NCBI GenBank assembly: GCA_002479255.1
Contig: DLMJ01000030.1
Span: 41,501-105,500, forward strand
Source: Candidatus Binatus soli
GTDB lineage: Bacteria > Desulfobacterota > Binatia > Binatales > Binataceae
Length of the DNA stretch: 64,000 bases
Direction of reading: 5' to 3'
A program made the position numbers and the translations under genes. Positions 53,467 to 62,733 of the stretch are shown here, piece after piece. Under the pieces are notes generated by a model. It did no database searches. It saw nothing but the letters and a program-made list of their open reading frames with translations, and was not told the DNA's origin. The stretch's first letter is position 1; every line of letters begins with the position of its first letter.

Positions 53467-53913
53467 CTAGAGTTTATTGTTCTCGCGCCCCCACTTGAGC
53501 CATGCCTTTGTCATTTCTAGCATCTTGCCGCGGTCATTTTCAGGTACGGGGTTTTCACCGGTCAGGATTGCAAGAGCCCAAAACCAGTCATCTGGCTCTC
53601 TTTCCAATTCACGCAGGATCAGCGGGACTACTTCGGGCCCTAGCGCGATTATCGCTCGATAAGGCCAATCGCCCGCAATATCTTCTGGTGCTGAAGCCGA
53701 GCTTTGTGCAGACTTCCACAGACTTGTAAACTTTTGAAAGTCAATCTTGAGTCTGTCCGACTGATCAACCTGTAGTTGCCCTATGATACGTTCGAGGAGT
53801 TTTGTAGGCTCTTTGTACCGACCCCACGCTTTGCCCTTGAGAGGCAAATCTCGACGCCATTCCTTAGAATGTGGACCTTCTGGTTCATTCCAAATTGGTG
53901 CTGGTTGCGCCAT
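53467..53913 (-). CDS. Hypothetical helical protein
   Basis: F..LW...SS...PY.AII.LG.EVVPLILREL..EP..WFWAL.ILTGENP...WLKWG. Confidence 0.75.
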   Translation of the reverse strand: MAQPAPIWNEPEGPHSKEWRRDLPLKGKAWGRYKEPTKLLERIIGQLQVDQSDRLKIDFQKFTSLWKSAQSSASAPEDIAGDWPYRAIIALGPEVVPLILRELEREPDDWFWALAILTGENPVPENDRGKMLEMTKAWLKWGRENNKL

Positions 53914-53920
53914 ATGATTT

Positions 53921-54598
53921 TCAGGAACGCAGAACGGGAATGTCCGCTGTCACGAACGTTTTGGCGAGGCTTTTCGCTTTCGTTTCCGCTCGATTGAGCA
54001 CTTGTTTAAGGTCAGCGATGTCTTGGCTATCCAGTGCTAGGTAGAGATCGGTCGTTGACTCGTCGCCTTTCGAGTAGGTTAATTTGAGTGTGTGAGTTAT
54101 AATCATAGCGAGAGGTTTGCCGCCCGGATCTTGTCCATAGACCGGTCGTGCGTCGGTAAGAATGCGACTATGAGTAAGGAGACGTTCAAAGTCGTGTTGG
54201 AGATGAATCGCTTTTGTCGCAGCACTGAGCGGTTCAAGGGCAAGTAGCTTCGCAATGCGATCCTTCGCACGGGAGCGCTTGTCGCCACTAAGGTCAATTG
54301 GCGGAGTAGCCCGTTCTATAGAGCGAAGAACTTCGTTCACAAACTTCGGAACCGGCATATCGCCATGCGCACGCGAAGCGTTAAGCGAGACCAACAACGC
54401 GCCTAGCGCCTCGCGCTTAGCAAACGGAAACGATTCCGCTTTTGGCGAAATTTCTTTGACGAGCGCATCGAAATCGAGCGACAAAGGCAAACCGGAAAGC
54501 GCAGATAGAAGCCCATTCATCTCCTTATCGGAGATTGAGATGAGCACCTCAAGAGCTTCGAGATGTTCTTTCGGAATTTTTAGAGGCAAATCGAGCAC
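53921..54598 (-). CDS. Putative prokaryotic COMMD-like protein
   Basis: Helical N-terminal region, then three predicted strands (SRILTDARP / ITHTLKLTY / DLYLALD) and a terminal helix, a COMM-domain-like pattern; GGAG-free start is GTG. Confidence 0.6.
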   Translation of the reverse strand: MLDLPLKIPKEHLEALEVLISISDKEMNGLLSALSGLPLSLDFDALVKEISPKAESFPFAKREALGALLVSLNASRAHGDMPVPKFVNEVLRSIERATPPIDLSGDKRSRAKDRIAKLLALEPLSAATKAIHLQHDFERLLTHSRILTDARPVYGQDPGGKPLAMIITHTLKLTYSKGDESTTDLYLALDSQDIADLKQVLNRAETKAKSLAKTFVTADIPVLRS

Positions 54599-54812
54599 CC
54601 TTGAGGAGACGTCATGGTGAGGTTTCCAATTAAGCGGTCAAAATGAGGCACAATTAGAACCATCTTGTCAAGTGCCACACGTTTTCCTGAGACGACTTTA
54701 AACTAACGTTTGAGTGTGTGCAAGTGGCGCACATTACAAAACGTGCGGAAACGCTCCGACCAAAGTGAGGGGGCCTAATGTCCGGTAGGCGGGCAAGACG
54801 ATCCGGCGCGGT

Positions 54813-55262
54813 TCAGACATCGAAAATTATGCGTGAACGCCATCCGTCGGGTGAGTTTTCAACCATCAGTTGATGGTAGGTGACAGCTTTGATTTCACCG
54901 CGAAACGCGTGGCGGGCCGGGTCGAAAGGCTCGCCTCGAAGCGTCACGCGCAGCGATCGGCCGGCCTCCGTGACTGAAGCGTCGCGCCAGATGAAGCCCT
55001 CCACCGTGAAAAGAGCAAGCAGCTCCGTGAGCAGGTCATGCATAAGATCGAGATCGGCTTGCGCCTCAACCGCGATCTCCCGATCCTCGATCTCCGCGAC
55101 GCTTGCCGTCTCGACCAACAGCATAGCCAGGGCAACGGCGGCGCGGCGGAACAACTCGCCGCGAGTGGGAGCATCCAACTCGATGCCGAGGTCGCCGGTA
55201 TGCTCGAACTCGCGAAACAGGGCGGCGTCTTCGGCCTGCGGCGCAGTCGGTTTCGTCGGCAT
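54813..55262 (-). CDS. Archease
   Basis: EHTGDLG, EIKAVTYH, IIFDV; ATG overlaps rtcB stop. Confidence 0.93.
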   Translation of the reverse strand: MPTKPTAPQAEDAALFREFEHTGDLGIELDAPTRGELFRRAAVALAMLLVETASVAEIEDREIAVEAQADLDLMHDLLTELLALFTVEGFIWRDASVTEAGRSLRVTLRGEPFDPARHAFRGEIKAVTYHQLMVENSPDGWRSRIIFDV

Positions 55263-56698
55263 CAGCCCTTGATGACGGCAAACGGCTTGAGTCTGGCGAC
55301 CCGCCGGGTTACGCGTGCGGCTTCCATGACCGCTACCACCTCGGCGACGTCCTTGTAGGCGTGCGGCATCTCCTCGGCTATGCCGGCGCGGCTGTGGGCT
55401 CGGACAGTAACGCCCAGCGCCTTTAATTCGGCGTGCAAGTCGCGCCCGCCGGCTTCTTTCTTTGCTTTCATTCGGCTCATCAACCGCCCAGCGCCGTGGC
55501 ACGATGAGCCGAAGGTCTCGCGCATCGCGGTTTCAAGGCCCACCAGGACGAACGAATAGCGGCCCATATCTCCAGGCACCAGCACGGGCTGTCCGATAGG
55601 ACGCAGCGCCTGAGGCAACGCGGGATGGCCGGGGCCGAAGGCGCGGGTGGCGCCCTTGCGATGCACGCATACGAGCCGCGTCCGGCCGTCCACACTGTGC
55701 TCTTCGAATTTGGCGATATTGTGGCATACGTCGTACACCAGCTCGAAGCCCAGTTCTATCGGCGCGATCGAGAGCGCATCCAGGAAAGCCTGCTCTGCGA
55801 GGTGCATCATTACCTGCCGATTGCACCAGGCAAAGTTCGCGGCGGCGGCCATGGCGCCGAGATAGGCTTGCCCTTCCGGCGCGCTGATTGGAACGGCGGC
55901 GAGCTGGCGATCGGGCAGGTTGATTCCGTAACGGGCCATCGCGCCAACGATAAGTTTGAGGTAGTCATCGCAGGTTTGGTGGCCGAGGCCGCGCGAGCCC
56001 GAATGGATCAGCACCGTGACCTGACCGAGTTCGAGTCCCAAGGCGTCGGCAAGCTTCGAGTCATAGATCTCGTCGATCCGGCTGACTTCGAGAAAGTGAT
56101 TGCCGGAACCGAGCGTGCCCAGTTGCTTTGCACCGCGCTGGTAAGCGCGCTCGCTTATGCGGTCGGGGTCGGCGCCCGCGAGCATCCCGCCTTCTTCGGT
56201 ATGTTCGAGGTCGCGCTCGGTAGCGTATCCGTTGCGCAGCGCCCAATTCGCACCTTGGCCGGCCACTTCCTTGAGTTGTTCGATCGACAGTCCCGGAATC
56301 GCGCCCCAAGAGCCGACTCCGGCCGGAATCCTGGCGAAGAGCGCGTCGGCCAGCCGGTCTATTCGCGGTTCGACGAAGTTGAAATGGAGGCGCGTGCGCG
56401 CCAGGCGCACGCCACAATTGATGTCGTAGCCGACCCCTCCGGGAGATATGACGCCTTCACGGGCATCGACAGCCGCCACGCCGCCAATGGGGAAGCCGTA
56501 GCCCCAATGGATGTCGGGCATCGCGAGGGAGTAGCCGACGATCCCCGGCAGACAGGCAACGTTGGCAACCTGCGTGAGGGCCGGGTCTTCGCGCATTCCC
56601 TCGATCATCCTCGCGCTGGCATAGACTCGTCCGGGTACCCGCATTGCGCCGGTTTTCGGAATCTCCCACAGGTAATCGCTGAGCTTGATCAGATCCAT
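55262..56698 (-). CDS. rtcB: RNA-splicing/repair ligase RtcB (archaeal/eukaryote-like type)
   Basis: MPDIHWGYGFPIGGV, GVGYDINCG, GSGNHF, HSGSRG, HRKGAT, HGAGR, YKDV. Confidence 0.97.
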   Translation of the reverse strand: MDLIKLSDYLWEIPKTGAMRVPGRVYASARMIEGMREDPALTQVANVACLPGIVGYSLAMPDIHWGYGFPIGGVAAVDAREGVISPGGVGYDINCGVRLARTRLHFNFVEPRIDRLADALFARIPAGVGSWGAIPGLSIEQLKEVAGQGANWALRNGYATERDLEHTEEGGMLAGADPDRISERAYQRGAKQLGTLGSGNHFLEVSRIDEIYDSKLADALGLELGQVTVLIHSGSRGLGHQTCDDYLKLIVGAMARYGINLPDRQLAAVPISAPEGQAYLGAMAAAANFAWCNRQVMMHLAEQAFLDALSIAPIELGFELVYDVCHNIAKFEEHSVDGRTRLVCVHRKGATRAFGPGHPALPQALRPIGQPVLVPGDMGRYSFVLVGLETAMRETFGSSCHGAGRLMSRMKAKKEAGGRDLHAELKALGVTVRAHSRAGIAEEMPHAYKDVAEVVAVMEAARVTRRVARLKPFAVIKG

Positions 56699-56741
56699 GC
56701 TTGCGCCTCAGACAAATCATCCGTTCATGATTTGTTCGCGA

Positions 56742-57680
56742 TCATCGGTGGCTCAGGAGTTCGGTCATGGACTCGCCAACGTTCAGGCGAGTCACTGTCT
56801 CGGCGAGCATAGGGGCCAAGCTTACCACCTGCAGAGTCAGCGAACCGTGCTCCGGAGTCGGCAGGCTGTCGGTCACCACGATTCGTTTCAGCGGCAAAGC
56901 TGAAAGCCGGCGGATCGCGGGGCCTACGAGCAATGCATGGCTGGCAACTACCATGATCTCGGGAATGCAACCGGCGGCGATCATGGCTGCCGCGGCAGCC
57001 TCTACGGTGCCGCCGGTCGATATCATGTCATCCACGATGATCGGCGCACGTCCGCCGACCTCGCCAACGATGCCACGCACTCTTACTTCTTCGCCGCTGA
57101 GGCGGATTTTGTGGACAATTGCGATGGGCAGGCTTAGCAGTTCCCCGTAGCGTTCGGCGAGTTTGACGGCCCCCAGGTCCGGCGCGACGATCACACTCTT
57201 GTCAGTGACCAATTCCTCGATGGCATTTGCAAAGAGCGATACCGCGCTCAGGTGCTCAAGCGGGACGCTGAAGAAGCCCTCGAGGGAAACGGTATGAAGA
57301 TCGAGGGCGACAATTCGCTCGAAGCCGGCAACTACCAGCAGGTCCGCGGCAATCCGTGCGCCAACCGCTTCCCGCCCGTTTGCCCGGCGATCCTGACGCG
57401 CATATCCGAAGTACGGAACTACGGCAGTAAGCCGGGATGCACCTGCCCGCCGGCAAGCGTCGGCGAGGAAGAGCAATTCCATCAAGTGACGGTCCACGGG
57501 AGGACCGGTCGGCTGAACCACGTAGACGTCACAGCCGCGCACGCTTTCTTCCATCTCTGCGTGCAACTCGGTGTCCGGAAAACGGTTCAGAACAGAGCGG
57601 CAGACCCGGGTTCCGAGCCTTTCGGCAATAGAGTCGGCAAGCGACGGGTTTCCAGAGCCGGCTACAACAACGAGATTCAT
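56742..57680 (-). CDS. prs: Ribose-phosphate pyrophosphokinase
   Basis: RFPD.E, PYFGYARQDR, DLH, APDLGA, VDDMISTGGT. Confidence 0.93.
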   Translation of the reverse strand: MNLVVVAGSGNPSLADSIAERLGTRVCRSVLNRFPDTELHAEMEESVRGCDVYVVQPTGPPVDRHLMELLFLADACRRAGASRLTAVVPYFGYARQDRRANGREAVGARIAADLLVVAGFERIVALDLHTVSLEGFFSVPLEHLSAVSLFANAIEELVTDKSVIVAPDLGAVKLAERYGELLSLPIAIVHKIRLSGEEVRVRGIVGEVGGRAPIIVDDMISTGGTVEAAAAAMIAAGCIPEIMVVASHALLVGPAIRRLSALPLKRIVVTDSLPTPEHGSLTLQVVSLAPMLAETVTRLNVGESMTELLSHR

Positions 57681-57820
57681 GTCAGTCCATCCGCAGATCT
57701 AAATTGTTCATTTGCTATCAGCATCGTTGCTGTATCCAGCGCCGTCACCTATGTCAAACTTCAGCACTCGACGTGAAGTTCCCGGCGTTGTGACTGGCAT
57801 GAAGTTTCATCTCCGCTCGA

Positions 57821-59224
57821 TTATTCCTGGCACTTCGCTGCGCGTTGTTTCTGTTCATCCAGCATCGTACTGAGGGCAAACGTATACCGCGCCGGATACG
57901 CCTCGGGCTGCTCGAGGTCCTTGTAACGCTGGTCAAGACGCTCAAGCGTGCTGAGGAATCGCTCGCGCGACTCGGCGAGCTTGGGACGCGGCATGAGTCG
58001 GCGACCACCGCTGAATTGCAGAGACAGGAGTGTCGCGACTTCGGACGGAATTGGACTGAATTGGCGCGCGACGAGCGGCGCGGTCTCGTCGGCCAGACCT
58101 ATCAGGTCGGCGTAAAAGCGGCCGTCAGCGTCGATTGCGCGGAACACCTGCTTTTTCCCCGGCAGGGTGAGCTTGCCCTGGGAAGTCTTGATTCGAGGGA
58201 TGCCGTCGTATTCGTTCAGCTTGTAGGCGAGGTCGAGCGATGGGGCGTCGCCGCTCACAACCATCTCGGTGCCGACGCCGAAAGCGTCGATAGGCGCGTT
58301 TGCCGCGATCAGATCGTGAATCTTGTATTCGTTGAGATTCCCGCTCGCGAAGATCGAAGTATTCTTCAGACCGTTACGATCAAGGATGGCCCGCGCCTTG
58401 AGACTCAAGTCGGCGAGATCGCCGCTGTCGAGCCGTACACCCTGCAGCTCAAAGCCTTGCCGGCGCATCTGATCCGCGACAATGACGGCGTTCTGGACGC
58501 CCCGGACGGTATCGTAGGTATCGACCAGAAGCGTGCTGAGCTTTGGGAAATCCCGCACGAAGTGCTCGAAGGCCTGGCGCTCCCGGTCATGCGCCATGAT
58601 GTAGCTGTGAGCCATGGTGCCGTAGAGCGGGATACCGTAACGCCGGCCGGCAAGAACATTGGAAGTGCCGTCGAAACCCGCAAGGTAGCTCGAACGCGCC
58701 GCTATGAGGCCTGCGGCCTCGCCTTGGCTGCGTCTGAGTCCGAAATCAACCAGCCGCTTGCCCCGCGCCGCGATCACGCTGCGCGCCGCCTTGCTCGCGA
58801 TAAGCGACGCCATTCCGATCTGGTTGATGACCAGCGTCTCGATCAGTTGCGCCTCGATTAGCGGAGCGCGCACTTCGATGATTGGTTCCCCGGCAAAAAA
58901 GACCGTGCCTTCAGCCATGGCATGGACCTCGCCCGTAAATCGCAGTTTGCCGAGGAAATCGAGGAAGTCCGATTTGAACAGCTGCATTGACGCCAGGTAA
59001 TCGAGTATGGCCGGTTCGAACCGAAACTGTTCAAGCGCTTCCAGCAGGCGTTCCAGGCCTGCTGCCACAAGGAAGCCGCGGCGTGGAGGCAGGCGGCGGA
59101 CGCTCATGCCGAAGCATGCCGGTCGATTGAATCCCAGAGCAAAATAGCTTGCCGCCATGGTAAGCTCGTAGAGATCGGTGAGCAGAGGAATCTCGTTTGA
59201 ATCGAATCTCAGGTCGATTGGCAT
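57821..59224 (-). CDS. pncB: Nicotinate phosphoribosyltransferase
   Basis: LLTDLYELTM, DFGLRR, GTMAHS, LVDTYD, RLDSGD, GVGT. Confidence 0.95.
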   Translation of the reverse strand: MPIDLRFDSNEIPLLTDLYELTMAASYFALGFNRPACFGMSVRRLPPRRGFLVAAGLERLLEALEQFRFEPAILDYLASMQLFKSDFLDFLGKLRFTGEVHAMAEGTVFFAGEPIIEVRAPLIEAQLIETLVINQIGMASLIASKAARSVIAARGKRLVDFGLRRSQGEAAGLIAARSSYLAGFDGTSNVLAGRRYGIPLYGTMAHSYIMAHDRERQAFEHFVRDFPKLSTLLVDTYDTVRGVQNAVIVADQMRRQGFELQGVRLDSGDLADLSLKARAILDRNGLKNTSIFASGNLNEYKIHDLIAANAPIDAFGVGTEMVVSGDAPSLDLAYKLNEYDGIPRIKTSQGKLTLPGKKQVFRAIDADGRFYADLIGLADETAPLVARQFSPIPSEVATLLSLQFSGGRRLMPRPKLAESRERFLSTLERLDQRYKDLEQPEAYPARYTFALSTMLDEQKQRAAKCQE

Positions 59225-59330
59225 ATCGGTCCTCCATCAGATATCCCAAGAGAGTCAATCTTTAATGATCTACGATGCAACTTCAGCGGACTGTGTCTCA
59301 AAACTCGACGCCCAAAGAAGGTGAATTCAA

Positions 59331-59879
59331 ATGCAGCGCCCCGTTCAAATTACCTCACGTGATTTTCCATTGACCCCGGCCATGGAGGCGCAGATCCGCG
59401 AACGCGCCGACGACCTACAGATCTACTTCCCGCGGCTCACCGGATGCCACGTCGTAGTCGAAGGTCCGGTTCGTCACCACCGCAAAGGAGGCCCGTTCAA
59501 CGTTCGGATCGATCTCCGCACGCCCCGTGCGGAGATCTCCGTCAACCACCAGTCGGCCGATGATCTGGCGATCGCGATCAGAGATGCATTCGATGCCGCC
59601 CGGCGTCGCCTGGAGGATCATCTTCGCGAACTAAGGCGCGACGTCAAGGCACACGAGCTACCATCGGTTGGCCGCGTTGCCCGCATTTTCCCGACAGAGG
59701 GCTACGGCTTCCTCGAAACGCCGGACAACCGCGAGATATATTTCCATCGTCACAGCGTCCTCGACGAGCATTTCGACGAGCTGACGCCCGGAACCGCGGT
59801 GCGCTTTGCCGAGGAGGAGGGTGATAAAGGTCCGCAGGCGAGCACCGTCGCGATCATCGGAGGCAAGCACCACCGGTAG
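59331..59879 (+). CDS. HPF/RaiA ribosome-hibernation domain fused to cold-shock domain
   Basis: QIT.R...T.A.E, AIRDAFD..RRRL, then GYGFL...IYFH...V.F..E.G.KGPQA. Confidence 0.88.
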   Translation: MQRPVQITSRDFPLTPAMEAQIRERADDLQIYFPRLTGCHVVVEGPVRHHRKGGPFNVRIDLRTPRAEISVNHQSADDLAIAIRDAFDAARRRLEDHLRELRRDVKAHELPSVGRVARIFPTEGYGFLETPDNREIYFHRHSVLDEHFDELTPGTAVRFAEEEGDKGPQASTVAIIGGKHHR

Positions 59880-59964
59880 CGGGCCGGCTTGAGCTGAGCT
59901 AACCTGGTCCGCGCGCAGGGCGAGCAGCCAACCGGCGCAACAGGCGCCAAAGAGAGAAAAACGA

Positions 59965-60405
59965 GTGAACCAGCAGCACCAAACGCATTGGGCGGCCCTA
60001 TTTGCGGTCGCCAGCGAATTAGCCAAGCGCGGTCATGAGGTGGCTTTCACGCAAGGAAATTCAACGCCGCTTGCCGACCTGATGGTCGTCAGTCCGAAGT
60101 CCAAAAAAATGTTCCTCGTCGATGTGAAAGGCCTCTACCGCAAAAATCCATGGGTCGTAAAACCAAAGCCCGAGCGGGCCGACCTCTTCTATATACTTGC
60201 GTATGTTCCCGTCGGTGAGCCGAACCAATTTTTCATTCTTACGCAGGCCGAAGCGAACCGGCATGTCCAATCCGAATTGATCCGGCTGCATCGCACGCCT
60301 GCCGAGTTGATTCGGTTACACCGCAAGCCAAATTATCCGATGAAGGGCTTTGCGTTTAAGCTGGCTGAGCCACATAAAGACGCATGGCAGATATTGCCGC
60401 AATAA
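59965..60405 (+). CDS. Small PD-(D/E)xK nuclease-like protein
   Basis: VASEL.KRG..V, ADL, VDVKG; AT-richer codons. Confidence 0.65.
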   Translation: MNQQHQTHWAALFAVASELAKRGHEVAFTQGNSTPLADLMVVSPKSKKMFLVDVKGLYRKNPWVVKPKPERADLFYILAYVPVGEPNQFFILTQAEANRHVQSELIRLHRTPAELIRLHRKPNYPMKGFAFKLAEPHKDAWQILPQ

Positions 60406-60538
60406 CCTCAACCAACCGGCGCGATAGGCGGCAAAAACCAACGCCGCGTTCTCGCGCGCTATCGTCGCCGAAGGAATCGCGCGGCGCATCCGGAAACCGG
60501 CCGGATTCAGATTCTCATTCTGCCCGTGTGCCTTGAGG

Positions 60539-60584
60539 TGGTGGACCGTTGGAGGCTCGAACTCCAGACCCGCTGATTAAGAGT
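60539..60584 (-). repeat. Duplicated tRNA-Lys 3' half (att site)
   Basis: 44/46 identical to 63878-63923; match ends in the anticodon arm. Confidence 0.93.
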
Positions 60585-60598
60585 GAGTCTCGGCGAAA

Positions 60599-62524
60599 TT
60601 ACTGGTAGAGGCGAAAGATTGCCGCCAGCACCGCGAACTCTCCGATGCGGGGGAGAATGATGCGGATGCGGTCACGATGGCCGCGTAGCCCCGCTGCCAG
60701 CTCGCCCACCGCGCCATCCTCCTGGCCCGCCAGGCCGGCCAGGTCCAAAACCACTCGATCCTTCCGGCGCGCCAAGGCCGCGCGCAGATCCGCAACGAAC
60801 CGTCCGGCTGCGGATGCCGTGAGCCGTCCCTCCAGCAGCACCCACACCGTCGAGGCGGGCCGCCGTTCCACCTGGATCGAGAGCCCCGCGGGATCCTCAC
60901 TGCATAAGCGCTCCCAAGCCCGCCCGCAACCGGCCTCCGACATCCTGAAGGTATTCCTCACGAGCGGCGGGTGCTGGAAGAGGCCCAATCTGAGCGTAAG
61001 TCCCGTCCAGGAAGCCAAGCCTACTGCCGCAACCGACAGGATACGCTCCGTCCAGGTGGGACTCCCCAGCTCTGCGTGGAGCTGATTTTGGAGCCTGCCA
61101 ATCCAACGCCGCACCTGCGCTGTCGGCCCGAACAGCCTGCCCGCCAGGAACACGGGGTAAGCTTTCCTGAGGTCGGCTGCGATCCGCTCCGCCTTGGCGC
61201 GCAGAAATGGGCTCGGGGACTCCCGGAGCTTGAGGTATCCCTCGAGCCATCGGTCCACTGAACGGTACAGGACCGGTCCCAAGTTGCGGAAATCTTCCTC
61301 GAAGCAACGCTTTTGGGCAGCCTCGATCTGGTCGGACGTCATCGATGGATGGCTGACCATCGCATGGAATCCGGTCCCCCGGCGATAGAATAGTTCGGGA
61401 TCCTCGGCCACCTCTGGAAGAAGTTTCCCCTCCCGGATGACTTCGTCGTAGAAGGGAGTGCCGGGACAAGGACCGTAAATTAAGAACTGTGTGAGCACCG
61501 GTCGCAACGCGAGTAGGCCCGAGAGTTCCTCTTCAATGATCTCGGGCGTCTGGTAGGGGAAGCCCACGATCATAGAGGCCAGGATGGTGATTCCGTGCTC
61601 GCGGTACTCGCGGAAGATCTCTTCGACCGGCCGGCCCGACTGTTTTGGATAGCCTGATCGCGTTCCCTCGTATCCGATCCACATCCCGTCGATCCCCATC
61701 TCGAGAATCTCGGTCACGGTGTACTGGCTCAAGGCCCGGACGCTGGCGAAGACGAAAATGGAGAGAGGCTTGCCGGCCCGGAGAACACATTCCCGAAACT
61801 CCATCGCCCGGCGACGGTTAAGCAGAAAATCCTCGTCCATGATCATGATGGAGAGCTTGGGATCGACCTCGAGATAGCGTTCAACCACCTGGTAGATGTC
61901 GGCCCCTGTAGGAAGCAGGCGGATGTGCTTTCGCTTGAAGAAATGAGAGGTGCAGCAGAAATCGCACCCGTTCGGACATCCCAGGCCGCCAAACACGATC
62001 CCTGTCCGCGAAATCTGCTTCGAGAACACCTGCAGGCGGTTGATGATCAGAGGGTGGCGGTACGGCATCCCGATCTCGGGTTCGCCCAGGAGGCGGCGCA
62101 TGAAGCCTACTCCCTCCTCGCGGCAGATATGGTCGCCGTAGGGGCGCAGCATCTCATCGGGCGCCACTGTCCCGTACCCGCCCAGCACGATCTTCGACTG
62201 CGGCGAATATTTCCGGACCAGCGCCACAACTTCCTTCATGCGGTGGTAGGTGGCCAGGACGAAACATACGCCCACCACGTCGTACCCGCGCCTGAGCTCG
62301 CGGACGAGTTCCCTGCGGGAGGGATACTGGAGCACCGCGGTCGGGGCCTCGAGGTTCTCGGCGATGTAGTCCAGCGAGAACTGGGTATGGTGAGAACGGG
62401 GGCTGAACAGGCCTTGGGCGCGGGTCACCTGTTCGTGGAGCAACTCGTACCCTACACTCGGGGAATCGCCGTGGCGGACCCCCAGTGGACGGCAGACGGA
62501 CGTGAGCAGGACTTGATGTGTCAC
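60599..62524 (-). CDS. B12-binding radical SAM protein with C-terminal STAS-like domain
   Basis: KIVLGG B12-binding region, GCPNGCDFC, DEDF, IGYE; C-terminal LEGRL...VVLDLAGL. Confidence 0.85.
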   Translation of the reverse strand: MTHQVLLTSVCRPLGVRHGDSPSVGYELLHEQVTRAQGLFSPRSHHTQFSLDYIAENLEAPTAVLQYPSRRELVRELRRGYDVVGVCFVLATYHRMKEVVALVRKYSPQSKIVLGGYGTVAPDEMLRPYGDHICREEGVGFMRRLLGEPEIGMPYRHPLIINRLQVFSKQISRTGIVFGGLGCPNGCDFCCTSHFFKRKHIRLLPTGADIYQVVERYLEVDPKLSIMIMDEDFLLNRRRAMEFRECVLRAGKPLSIFVFASVRALSQYTVTEILEMGIDGMWIGYEGTRSGYPKQSGRPVEEIFREYREHGITILASMIVGFPYQTPEIIEEELSGLLALRPVLTQFLIYGPCPGTPFYDEVIREGKLLPEVAEDPELFYRRGTGFHAMVSHPSMTSDQIEAAQKRCFEEDFRNLGPVLYRSVDRWLEGYLKLRESPSPFLRAKAERIAADLRKAYPVFLAGRLFGPTAQVRRWIGRLQNQLHAELGSPTWTERILSVAAVGLASWTGLTLRLGLFQHPPLVRNTFRMSEAGCGRAWERLCSEDPAGLSIQVERRPASTVWVLLEGRLTASAAGRFVADLRAALARRKDRVVLDLAGLAGQEDGAVGELAAGLRGHRDRIRIILPRIGEFAVLAAIFRLYQ

Positions 62525-62733
62525 GATGAATCGTTACGTGGTTAATCGGGATTTCCATTTTGGATCCCGAACAGCGGCCGTTTAGACTAGACGGTCTGCC
62601 TGTGCAATGTTTCCAGCCCGGTCTTTGGTTCAGATGTTTCCAGCGACCCCGGAAGGGGACATATCTGCCTCTCCCGAGAATCCCAAAACCCGGACCGTCG
62701 CCTTTCCAGCACCTGTCGTCTTCATTTCTTCCT

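Noticed and set aside
56742-59224. Phage-type NAD reconstitution (NARP) genes
   Set aside because: Prs and PncB motifs look canonical and there is no phage context
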